A stretch of DNA of 64,000 nucleotides, from positions 64,001 through 128,000 of the forward strand of contig CAVTNB010000003.1 in the NCBI GenBank assembly GCA_963736005.1, read 5' to 3'. How positions within the stretch are numbered: the first letter of the stretch is position 1; each line of letters opens with the position of its first letter. Of the stretch, positions 19,306 to 28,072 are shown one piece after another. The translations under genes and the position numbers were made by a program. Under the pieces are notes generated by a model. The model was not told where the DNA came from. It made no database searches and saw only the letters and a program-made list of their open reading frames with translations. The stretch comes from an uncultured Pseudomonadota bacterium (GTDB taxonomy: Bacteria; Vulcanimicrobiota; Vulcanimicrobiia; Eremiobacterales; Eremiobacteraceae).

Positions 19306-20412
19306 GATCGCACCCTGTTCGAGATCGGTTCAGATCGCAGCATCGCATCGATCGCTTTGGTGAACGGCGGCGTCAGCACGCCGCGCTCCGTGACAATCGC
19401 GGCGATGTACTCAGCAGGCGTCACGTCAAACGCGGGGTTGGCGACGACGGTACCGTGCGGAGCGGAACGCACCCCGCCGAAGCTCGTCACTTCGTGAGGA
19501 CTGCGTTCTTCGATGACGATGTCAGCTACCGGTTGCGATCGCAGGGTCGAAGGTTGAGACGGGTGCCGCCACGATGAATGGTAACCCAAAAGTCCTGGCG
19601 GCGAGCGCCAGACCAAACGTTCCGATCTTGTTTGCGGTATCTCCGTTGCGAGCGATTCGATCGGCGCCAACGATGACCGCGTCGATCTCTTTGCGTTGCA
19701 TGAAGTGAGCGGCCATGTTGTCGGCGATGAGCGTGTGAGGAATGCCGTCCTGCTGCAGCTCCCACACCGTCAAGCGAGCACCCTGAAGCAGAGGTCTCGT
19801 CTCGTCGACGAAGACCCGTTCGATCTTGCCGGCTTTCCAGGCCGAGCGGATGATGCCGAGTGCGGTGCCGTAACCACCGGTCGCAAGGTCGCCAGTGTTG
19901 CAATGCGTGAGCACTCGCAGGCGTTCTTTGGACGCGAGCACATTCGCACGATGTTCTGCGAGGAAAGCGACGCCATAGTCGCCGATGCGACGGCATGCCG
20001 CGATATCATCCTGATGAATCGCCGCAGCAGATTCGTCGAGCGCACTCGCGATCGACTCGTGTGACGCGCCCGCCTTCAATTTGGTTTGCGCTATCCCCAG
20101 CTGGCGGTTGACCGCCCAGCCAAGGTTGACCGCGGTTGGTCGAGCCGCCGCGAGCCCCGCAGCCGCCTGCTCGAGCTTGTGAAGGAAAGTGTGGCCATCA
20201 AGTTTTCGCGCGGCAAGCTCGTGAGCTTCGATTGCCATTGCATAGGCCGCTGCGATGCCGATTGCCGGGGCACCGCGCACCCGCAGCGCTTTGATGGCGG
20301 CGGCCACTTCAGGCAACGTGCGTATTTCGACAAAGATCGTTGCTCCCGGCAGCTGCGTTTGATCGAGCAGATGGAGCACGCCTGGCCGGTAGCTGATATG
20401 CGCTGGCGTCAC
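19302..20412 (-). CDS. mtnA: S-methyl-5-thioribose-1-phosphate isomerase with an apparent +1 frameshift near 19527
   Basis: [65 protein letters not shown]. The C-terminus ([23 protein letters not shown]) is in the neighbouring frame (ORF 19302..19670). Confidence 0.92.
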
Positions 20413-20901
20413 TGTCGCTTTCCCGCGCGCGAATAAATTCGCGCGACTACATCGCAGGGAGGCCATGTGGAGAGCACTTTGCGCCGCTTCGTAGCCTTTG
20501 TTACCGCCATCATGCGCACCGGTGTGGTGGGCTTGCCCTCGTGCCGCTTCTACCGATCGTGCCTGCGCTTGTTCCACATTTTCAGTCGTGAGCACGCCGA
20601 AGATCACCGGCACACCGGTTTGCAGCGCAACTTGGGCGATGCCGCGCGCCGCTTCGCCCGCGACGTATTCAAAATGTGGAGTTTGTCCGCGGATGACGCA
20701 CCCCAAGCAGACGATCGCGTCGTAGCGCCCCGACTCGGCCAGCCATAACGCCGTCACAGGAAGCTCAAAAGAGCCGGGTACCTCGACGACCTCAACATCG
20801 CGCTTGGCAACGCGCGCATCATCGAACGCGCGTTGCGCGCCGCTGAGCAGCCTTTTGGTGATTTCGTCGTTGAACAGTGCGCGGACGATGGCAAAGCGCA
20901 C
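20409..20901 (-). CDS. ribH: 6,7-dimethyl-8-ribityllumazine synthase (reads in-frame into mtnA as assembled)
   Basis: FNDEIT, VPGSFELP, LGCVIRGQTPHFEYV, VPVIFGVLT, NKGYEAA. Confidence 0.93.
20424..20451 (-). repeat. GTAG-tailed palindromic repeat (family B) at the ribH/mtnA junction
   Basis: Minus strand TGTAGTCGCGCGAATTTATTCGCGCG, identical to the copy at 16698. Confidence 0.88.
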
Positions 20902-20902
20902 G

Positions 20903-22144
20903 CTACGAGCCTTTTTGGGCTTGACTCTTTGCCTTCGCGGCGTCGGCGAGGTCGATGAGGTGGCCGAGTTTGTCGCGCTTGGTCTGAAGATATGGTCCGT
21001 TAAACTCGTCGCTGTCGATGATGAGCGGCACGCGACCGATCATCTTGAGGCCATAGCCCTCCAGCCCAACGATCTTGCGTGGGTTATTTGTGATGATTTT
21101 CATCTCTCGCACGCCGAGGTCGTAAAGAATCTGCGAACCGATGCCGTAGTCGCGTTTGTCCACCGGCAGCCCAAGGCGCTCGTTGGCCTCAGCCGTATCG
21201 GCGCCCTCATCTTGCAACTCGTAAGCGCGCAACTTGTTGGCAAGCCCAATGCCGCGCCCTTCCTGGTGCAGGTATAAGAAAACGCCGCGCCCCGCTTTGG
21301 CGATGATCTGCAAGGCACCATCGCGTTGCGCCGCGCAATCGCAGCGCCGGCTCCCTAAGACGTCACCGGTGAGGCACTCCGAGTGGACTCGGACGAGGAT
21401 GTCTTTGCCGTCACCGACTTCCCCCATGACCATCGCAACGTGGCAAGCGCCATCCACGAGCGATTCGTATCCATAGCCCGTGAACTGGCCGTACCGCGTT
21501 GGCAGCTTAAATGTTGCGATGCGTTGCACGAGTTTCTCGTGACGCATGCGATAGGCGATGAGATCTTTGACGGTAATGAGCTTGAGATTGTGTTCGGCGC
21601 CAAAGCGCTCCAGAGCAGCCCTGCGCATCATCGTGCCGTCGTCCGCCAGAATCTCACAGATGATCCCGGCCGGGTACAAACCAGCTAGCCGGGCGAGATC
21701 GACCGCCGCTTCGGTCTGACCTGCGCGAACGAGCACGCCGCCGTCGCGAGCGCGCAGCGGAAAGGTATGGCCAGGGCAAATGAAATCGCTGGGCTTGGCA
21801 CGCGGGTCGAGCAGCGCGTTGATTGTCGCCGCGCGGTCGTGCGCGGAGATACCGGTTGTCGTTCGGCTTTTCGCTTCGATTGAAACGGTGAACGCGGTTT
21901 CCAGCCTTGAGGTGTTTTCCACGACCATCATGGGAATATGCAATTCGTCAAGCCGCTTGCCGATGATCGGAACGCAGATCAATCCGCGGCCGTATTTGGT
22001 CATGAAGTTGATCGCTTCCGGCGTGACCATCTGAGCGGCCATGGTCAGATCGCCTTCGTTCTCGCGATCCTCATCGTCCATGACGATGACCATGGAGCCG
22101 GAACGGATGTCGGCGATGGCTTCTTCGATTGTTGCGAGCGGCAT
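20903..22144 (-). CDS. ribBA: Bifunctional DHBP synthase / GTP cyclohydrolase II
   Basis: DDEDRENEGDL, TTGISAHDR, RAGQTEA, VRVHSECLTGD..RCDC, QEGRGIGL. Confidence 0.97.
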   Translation of the reverse strand: MPLATIEEAIADIRSGSMVIVMDDEDRENEGDLTMAAQMVTPEAINFMTKYGRGLICVPIIGKRLDELHIPMMVVENTSRLETAFTVSIEAKSRTTTGISAHDRAATINALLDPRAKPSDFICPGHTFPLRARDGGVLVRAGQTEAAVDLARLAGLYPAGIICEILADDGTMMRRAALERFGAEHNLKLITVKDLIAYRMRHEKLVQRIATFKLPTRYGQFTGYGYESLVDGACHVAMVMGEVGDGKDILVRVHSECLTGDVLGSRRCDCAAQRDGALQIIAKAGRGVFLYLHQEGRGIGLANKLRAYELQDEGADTAEANERLGLPVDKRDYGIGSQILYDLGVREMKIITNNPRKIVGLEGYGLKMIGRVPLIIDSDEFNGPYLQTKRDKLGHLIDLADAAKAKSQAQKGS

Positions 22145-22145
22145 G

Positions 22146-22769
22146 CTAACCTCGGTGTGGGCGCCGGGCGCGAGAGGCGCGGGCGCGATTCTCCAGTTGG
22201 ACCGCCACGTAGCGGGCAACGGGGTCGACTTCTATATTTAAGGAAAGGCCGACGTCTTTCCGCCCCAAGGTTGTGCGTTTTAGCGTTTCCGGTATCAGGG
22301 CCACGGCGAATTGCCTGGCTTCGACCTGCGCCACCGTGAGACTGACGCCGTCAAGGCTCACGTATCCCTTCTCAACGATCATCCGCTCGAGGCCTCGCGG
22401 TACGGCGCACCACAAGCGATAGCCCTGTCCCTCCGGGTCTTTGCTTAAAATCTTCGTCGTCGTATCAACGTGCCCATAGACCATGTGGCCGCCGACTTGG
22501 TCGCCGAGCCGCAGACTTGGCTCGAGATTCACGAGGTCTCCCACCTTTAGAGTTCCGAGATTGCTCCGAGCCAACGTCTCCGGAATCACGTCGAATGCAA
22601 GCCTTGCACCACTGCGAGTGACGGTGAGGCAGACGCCGTTGATCGCAATGCTGTCGCCTTCTACAATACCGTGGAGCTCTTGCGGCTTCTCGATGGCAAG
22701 CTCGATGCCGCCTTTGCCCGGCGTCACCTTTTTGACTACAGCAAGATTGAAGATCAAACCGGTGAACAT
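22146..22769 (-). CDS. ribE: Riboflavin synthase (alpha chain)
   Basis: MFTGLI, GDSIAINGVCLTV, VNLE, GGHMVYGHVD, KGYVSLDGVSLTV. Confidence 0.95.
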   Translation of the reverse strand: MFTGLIFNLAVVKKVTPGKGGIELAIEKPQELHGIVEGDSIAINGVCLTVTRSGARLAFDVIPETLARSNLGTLKVGDLVNLEPSLRLGDQVGGHMVYGHVDTTTKILSKDPEGQGYRLWCAVPRGLERMIVEKGYVSLDGVSLTVAQVEARQFAVALIPETLKRTTLGRKDVGLSLNIEVDPVARYVAVQLENRARASRARRPHRG

Positions 22770-23858
22770 CTATCGTTTCACCCGCGCGGTTACGAGCACA
22801 TCGTCTCCTAAGCGTTTGACTGCGTTAATGTGTAATGCGAGATCGTAGGCGCCGTTACCGACTACCGGAACCGCTTCCTCAGCGTTAAGCACGATCGGGG
22901 CGATGAGCCACCAAAGCTCGTCGAGATGCCGACCAGCAAGCAGCGACCCAGCGAGTGTTGGTCCGCCTTCGCATAAGACCGAGAGAATATTTTGTGCACC
23001 AAGTTTGCTCAGCAGGTCACCGAGATCGACTCTATCGTTCTCCGAGCGGGCGCACTCCAGCACGGCAACGCCGCGTTTGATCAATCCTTCGCGGACTGCT
23101 CCAGGCATTTGGTTGGTCGTCGCAACGATTGTTCTAAACCGCGCCTGATCTTTGATTGCTCGCGCCCGCATCGGAATGCGACCTTTTGCGTCCACGATCA
23201 CTCTCGTGTAAGGAACGGCTCGCGGCTTGAAGGGACGAACTGTCAATTGCGGATCGTCGATCAAAATGGTTCCGACCCCAACCATGACGGCGTCGTGCTC
23301 GAAGCGAAGCTTGCGTACGAAGTTTGAGGCCCGCTTGCCAGAGAGTTGCCGGCGTTCGCCGGGACGCGACGCAATCGTTCCGTTGAGGCTTTGCGCCATC
23401 TTCAACGTAACAAACGGTAAGCCGGTCGTGCGGTGCCGCAGGTACATTCGATTGGCGTGCGTCGCCTCGTCCGCTTCCATGCCGACTGAAACCTCGATCC
23501 CGCTGTCGCGAAGGCTCGTGTGACCAGCTCCCGCTACCCGGGGATCTGGATCTGCAAGCGCGCTCACCACTTTCGAAATGCCCGCGGCTTTGATGGCATC
23601 CACGCACGGTGGCGTTCGACCCTGATGGACGCACGGCTCGAGCGTCACGTACAGTGTTCCGCCGCGGGCGCGCTCGCCCGCTTGCCGCAAAGCGACAACC
23701 TCCGCATGGTCGGCCCCGGCCTTTTCATGATAGCCGGCGCCGACGACGTTGCCGCTCGGGTCGACAACGACCGCTCCGACCAGCGGATTGGGGCTGGTGT
23801 TGCCCAACCCGCTTTGCGCCAATTTTAGCGCTTGGCGCATGAACCGCTCGTCACCCAC
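22770..23858 (-). CDS. ribD: Riboflavin biosynthesis deaminase/reductase RibD
   Basis: TSPNPLVGAVVV, HAEVVAL, TLEPCVHQGRTPPC, DDPQLTVR, CEGGPTL; GAGGAGG RBS before GTG 23858. Confidence 0.95.
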   Translation of the reverse strand: MGDERFMRQALKLAQSGLGNTSPNPLVGAVVVDPSGNVVGAGYHEKAGADHAEVVALRQAGERARGGTLYVTLEPCVHQGRTPPCVDAIKAAGISKVVSALADPDPRVAGAGHTSLRDSGIEVSVGMEADEATHANRMYLRHRTTGLPFVTLKMAQSLNGTIASRPGERRQLSGKRASNFVRKLRFEHDAVMVGVGTILIDDPQLTVRPFKPRAVPYTRVIVDAKGRIPMRARAIKDQARFRTIVATTNQMPGAVREGLIKRGVAVLECARSENDRVDLGDLLSKLGAQNILSVLCEGGPTLAGSLLAGRHLDELWWLIAPIVLNAEEAVPVVGNGAYDLALHINAVKRLGDDVLVTARVKR

Positions 23859-23911
23859 GCCGAGAACCCTCCTCACTTGACCCGATCGCCCGTCAACGTG
23901 ATGATTGCATC

Positions 23912-24556
23912 GTGCTCTCTTTTGCACTTCAACGTTGCACTCAGGTTTTCGACACCATGGTTCCCGTTCGCTGCGCCATGTGCGGGACTCACGGCGCCCA
24001 CCTCTGTGACAATTGCCGAAAGGATCTTGAAGCTCTCCCGCTGGTTCATCGCTCTGAGCGATCGGAGGCGCCGAATATCGCGGCCCTCGGCGCTTATACG
24101 GGACCGTTGCGCGCGGCAGTGCTCAGCCTGAAATTTCGCAATCGAAAAAGCGCTGCCACGCTTTTGGGATATGTGCTCGGCAAGAAGCTTCGCACGAGCG
24201 TTGATGCAGTGATTCCCGTTCCGTTGCACCCCAGTCGGCTGCTCGCCCGAGGATTCAATCAGGCGCACTTCATTGGCATCGGTGTGGCATCTGCGCTGAA
24301 CGCCCCTCTTGTTTGCGAGGCGCTCGCGCGCGTCAAGGCAACGCATGCGCAGAGCTCTCTGGGTCTCACCGAGCGCACAGTGAACGTTGGCAACGCCTTC
24401 GCACCGGCACCGGATGCCTATCGGTTGAACCAAACGTGCGTCATGCTCGTCGATGACGTTGTGACAACGGGAGCAACAATCACCGCGTGTGCTCGCGCTC
24501 TTCGAATCGCCGGCGTCAAGGATGTTTACGGCAGCGCTTTGGCGATCAAAATGTAA
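23912..24556 (+). CDS. comF: ComF family protein (zinc ribbon + PRTase domain)
   Basis: CAMC..LCDNC, PVPLH..RGFNQA, LVDDVVTTGAT. Confidence 0.88.
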   Translation: MLSFALQRCTQVFDTMVPVRCAMCGTHGAHLCDNCRKDLEALPLVHRSERSEAPNIAALGAYTGPLRAAVLSLKFRNRKSAATLLGYVLGKKLRTSVDAVIPVPLHPSRLLARGFNQAHFIGIGVASALNAPLVCEALARVKATHAQSSLGLTERTVNVGNAFAPAPDAYRLNQTCVMLVDDVVTTGATITACARALRIAGVKDVYGSALAIKM

Positions 24557-24562
24557 GCGTGG

Positions 24563-25573
24563 CTACGGGGGCGATTCGAAAATCGCGCTCCCTATTCGCG
24601 TGCCACCGCCGTACTCACCGCCCTGGATCACTGCGCCGTCTGCAACCGCGACATCGTTCCCCAACACAGCGTCCCTGATGCTCGCGCCCGCACCGACGCG
24701 GACTCCTTGCCATAGAATCGAAGAGACCAGCTGTGCGCCGTCTTCGAGGGTGCATCTGGCTCCGATGCACGTCGGACCTGTGATAGTCGCTTTTGGCGAA
24801 ATATTGGAGCCCGCTCCAATGAGCACATGATGTGCGATCCGCGCGCCATCGGGCGGTGCAAGCGCAATTCGCCCCTCCAACGCGTCGCGGTGGACCCTGC
24901 GATATTCACCGGGCGTGCCAATGTCACACCAGTAACCTTGCTGATGCATTCCGTAGAACGCAGCTTTGGCGGTCAACAGCTCCGGAAAAACCTGCTTGCC
25001 AAAATCGTAGAATGTTTTCTGCGGAATGCGCTCCAGCAGCCGAGGCTCGAAAATGTAGATGCCTGTATTGGCGAGTTTGCTTCGTTCGGTGCCACGGGGG
25101 GGCTTTTCTTGAAACTCCACAATGCGACCCAACGAGTCGACAATGACGGCCCCATACTGCGAGACATCTGCCACTTCGGTCAAGACAATCGTCGCCTCGG
25201 CTTTGCGGGCTCGATGAAATTCCAATGCAGCGGTTAAGTCAAGGTTCGTCACGTCATCACAGCCGATGACGACAAAGGTCTCCGAGAAACGGTCGGCCAC
25301 CGCACGAACAGCGCCCGCGCTGCCCATTAATTCCGGCTCGCGAAGATAGCTGATGCGAACGCCTAAGCCGGATCCGTCGCCGGCGTACGAGGTGACTGCC
25401 TCCGGAAAGTAGTGGACGTTGACGACGAGATCGTCGACTCCGAAATCCCGCAAGTACTCCGTAACATGGCCTAAGACGGGCCGGTCGAGCACGGGAACGA
25501 GCGGCTTGGGTAAGTCGAGCGTGAGAGGATAGAGCCGGGTGGAAAGTCCACCTGCCAAGATCATACCCTTCAT
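24563..25573 (-). CDS. NDP-sugar pyrophosphorylase (mannose-1-phosphate guanylyltransferase-like)
   Basis: ILAGGLSTRLYPLT..PKPL, EPELMGSAG, FQEKP, YWCDIGT, hexapeptide-repeat C-terminus. Confidence 0.88.
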   Translation of the reverse strand: MKGMILAGGLSTRLYPLTLDLPKPLVPVLDRPVLGHVTEYLRDFGVDDLVVNVHYFPEAVTSYAGDGSGLGVRISYLREPELMGSAGAVRAVADRFSETFVVIGCDDVTNLDLTAALEFHRARKAEATIVLTEVADVSQYGAVIVDSLGRIVEFQEKPPRGTERSKLANTGIYIFEPRLLERIPQKTFYDFGKQVFPELLTAKAAFYGMHQQGYWCDIGTPGEYRRVHRDALEGRIALAPPDGARIAHHVLIGAGSNISPKATITGPTCIGARCTLEDGAQLVSSILWQGVRVGAGASIRDAVLGNDVAVADGAVIQGGEYGGGTRIGSAIFESPP

Positions 25574-25646
25574 CTGTGGGCGCGATTTGACGATTTGCGG
25601 TCGATGTCCGCCTCAATGGGGGCTACCTTGAGCCCAGCGCGATTAT

Positions 25647-25673
25647 CGTCGCGAATGAATTCACGACACTACA
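25647..25673 (-). repeat. GTAG-tailed repeat (family B variant) supplying the stop of the WecB/TagA gene
   Basis: Minus strand ATG-TAG-TGTCGTGAATTCATTCGCGACG. Confidence 0.7.
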
Positions 25674-26373
25674 TTTGTCGGCGTTGCCGAATCGCCTGGG
25701 CAACGACCAGCAGGGCAAACCTCGGCAACACAAGTTGCCGCCTCAAACGTTTTGGCTCTCGCGCTAGGCGATACAGCCATTCCAAACCAAGTCGGCGCAT
25801 CAAAAGCGGAGCGCGTGGCAACTTGCCTGAGAGGACGTCAAAGGTTCCACCGACGCCCATGCACACCACTGGACCGAGCCTCTCAGCGTGGGCGCGAATC
25901 CAGAACTCTTGCTGCGGAAACCCAAGTGCGACGAGAACCAACTTGGCGCCCGATGCGCGGATCTGCGCGAGAACTGAAGCTTCTTCGCTGGCTTGAAAGT
26001 AGCCATCATGAATGCCTGCGATGCGCAATCCGGAGTGCCGACTCGTCAAGGCTTCGGCGGCGCGCTCCGCCACCTTCGGTGCTCCGCCTAAAAGGAAGAC
26101 TGAGATTCCTCGCTGCGTGCAGACATCGCAAAGTCGTTCGACGAGCTCCACCCCCGGCACGCGTTCGCGGGCCGGCTGGCCCAGGATGCGCGTTGCGTAC
26201 ACGATGCCGATCGTGTCCGGCACGACGAGGTCGGCCTTATTGATCACTTCGCGGTAAGCTGGATCGCGTCGTGCGAGCATCGCCATCTCGCTGCCGAAGG
26301 TCACGACGTGGGCAAAACGGTCCGAAGCGAGCAAACCCTCAATGCGTTGTTGCGCTTCGTCCATGTCGACCAA
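25669..26373 (-). CDS. WecB/TagA/CpsF family glycosyltransferase (true start may lie slightly upstream)
   Basis: ADLVVPDTIGIV, ERVPGVEL, HDGYF, LGFPQQEFWI, GVGGTFDV, GLEWLYRL..EPKR. Confidence 0.9.
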   Translation of the reverse strand: MVDMDEAQQRIEGLLASDRFAHVVTFGSEMAMLARRDPAYREVINKADLVVPDTIGIVYATRILGQPARERVPGVELVERLCDVCTQRGISVFLLGGAPKVAERAAEALTSRHSGLRIAGIHDGYFQASEEASVLAQIRASGAKLVLVALGFPQQEFWIRAHAERLGPVVCMGVGGTFDVLSGKLPRAPLLMRRLGLEWLYRLAREPKRLRRQLVLPRFALLVVAQAIRQRRQM

Positions 26374-26419
26374 GTCGACACGGGTACCGAAAATCGTGCA
26401 CGTGCGCTGCGTCGTCTGA

Positions 26420-27328
26420 CTAACGGGCTGAGGCTCCCACTCCCGCGGGCAACCACCGAGCGAGGACGGAGCGCAACGCTCGCTCCTGCTCCGTCGTCAG
26501 CGGGCACAGCGGCAGCCTGCACTCCCCGACAGCAAAACCAAAGGAGCGCATGGCTGCCTTCACCGGAATGGGAGACGTTACCGCAAACAGGCCACGAAAC
26601 AGAGGCATCAACGAATGATGAATTTGAGCGGCCTTGTCGTTGTCACCCTCGGCGAATGCTTTAAGCATCAGCGCGATTTCCTTCCCCGCGACATGACTGA
26701 CAACGCTCACGACGCCGCACCCTCCGACTGCCGCGGAAGGCAATGCTAGGTAGTCGTCTCCGCTATACACGCTAAAATCACTGGGCGCGCGCGCAGCGAT
26801 CTCCGCAAGTTGATTGAGGTCGCCACTTGACTCTTTGACAGCGGCAATCTTGGCGTGCGATGCAAGCGTCACGACCGTATCTGGTAAAATGTTGATGCCG
26901 GTTCGGCCTGGGATGTTGTAGATCATGACCGGCAGGTCTGTGGCATCGGCAATTGCGGTGAAGTGCGCAATGAGTCCGGCCTGGGGAGGCTTGTTGTAGT
27001 AGGGACCAACCGCCATGAGGCCATCGACCCCGCAGGCGGCGGCTTTCTTTGCGAATTCCACCGATCGCCGGGTGTCGTTGCTTCCGACGTTGGCGATGAC
27101 CCCAATCCCGCCGCGTGCCGCTTTGACCGCAGATTGAAACAGACCAAGCTTCTCGCTGTCATCAAGCGTTGGACCTTCGCCTGTCGTGCCGGCGACGACG
27201 ACTGCAGAGGTGCCGTGTTCGGAGAGCCACGTGGTCAAGCGTGCCGCTTCGGCTTCGTTGACGCTGCCGTCGTCTCGCATCGGCGTGATCATGGCAGTGA
27301 CCACGGGCCCGAATCGACCCTGTTTCAT
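26420..27328 (-). CDS. dapA: 4-hydroxy-tetrahydrodipicolinate synthase
   Basis: TAMITP, GTTGEGPTL, PYYNKP, YNIPGRT, AVKESSG, YSGDD. Confidence 0.97.
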   Translation of the reverse strand: MKQGRFGPVVTAMITPMRDDGSVNEAEAARLTTWLSEHGTSAVVVAGTTGEGPTLDDSEKLGLFQSAVKAARGGIGVIANVGSNDTRRSVEFAKKAAACGVDGLMAVGPYYNKPPQAGLIAHFTAIADATDLPVMIYNIPGRTGINILPDTVVTLASHAKIAAVKESSGDLNQLAEIAARAPSDFSVYSGDDYLALPSAAVGGCGVVSVVSHVAGKEIALMLKAFAEGDNDKAAQIHHSLMPLFRGLFAVTSPIPVKAAMRSFGFAVGECRLPLCPLTTEQERALRSVLARWLPAGVGASAR

Positions 27329-27352
27329 TCCTGCCCCCTTATCAGCATGCTA

Positions 27353-27378
27353 TGTAGCAGCGGACCTTTAGGTCCGCT
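27353..27378 (+). repeat. GTAG-tailed palindromic repeat (family A)
   Basis: TGTAGCAGCGGACCTTTAGGTCCGCT. Confidence 0.88.
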
Positions 27379-27442
27379 TTGGGTCCGCGTGAGTCGCTTA
27401 CAAGGATTCGATGAAGTTGCGGAAGTTCCGTCGTCGCCCGTA

Positions 27443-28072
27443 CTACAACGCCTGGGGCACAGCCGAGCCACGAAGCTGGCCTAGATGTTTCGTGACATTC
27501 AATGCAACGCCCGAAAGGGCAGCACCGTCGAGCTCGAATTCGCTCAAAGCGGCGTTGTCCGAGTGCACCTCGTTGAAAGCGGACACAGGTTTGCCAGAAG
27601 CCCAAAGCATGGCGAGCCGGATGATAACGTCATGCGTCACCGCAAGCAGCCTCTTCCCATACTCCGGTGCAGCCGACAGAAAGGCCGCGAGTCGGGCATT
27701 GACGTCGTACAACGACTCGCCGTCCGGGAACCGGACCTCCGCCGGGGCATTTCGCCATTGTGCCAGTAGGTGCGGCCAACGCTGCGCAACATCGCCAAGC
27801 AGCTCTCCCTCCCATTGTCCATGAGATATCTCTGTCAGGTTTGCATCCACGACCACGCGAGGACCGAGCGTCTCTGCGCAGATCCGCGCCGTTTCGAGGG
27901 AGCGTTGCAACGGGCTAGACACGATCGCGTCGATCCTATTTGTTTGCAACTGAGCGGCGAGCAATCGGGCTTGCGCAACGCCGCGCTCGGAGAGCGGAGG
28001 ATCTTGGCGGCCTTGGTAGCGGCCCTCAGCGTTCCAAATGCTCTCGCCATGCCGAGCCAAAAACAGCTTCAA
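27443..28072 (-). CDS. Histidine phosphatase, probable metal-independent phosphoserine phosphatase (PspA type)
   Basis: RHGE..WN..GRYQG..D.PL, SSPLQR, EISHGQWEG, GESL, VTH, DNA; start overlaps the serA stop. Confidence 0.8.
   Translation of the reverse strand: MKLFLARHGESIWNAEGRYQGRQDPPLSERGVAQARLLAAQLQTNRIDAIVSSPLQRSLETARICAETLGPRVVVDANLTEISHGQWEGELLGDVAQRWPHLLAQWRNAPAEVRFPDGESLYDVNARLAAFLSAAPEYGKRLLAVTHDVIIRLAMLWASGKPVSAFNEVHSDNAALSEFELDGAALSGVALNVTKHLGQLRGSAVPQAL

Noticed and set aside
23860..23911. FMN riboswitch upstream of ribD
   Set aside because: The ribD-comF divergent gap is only about 50 nt and contains no RFN consensus.
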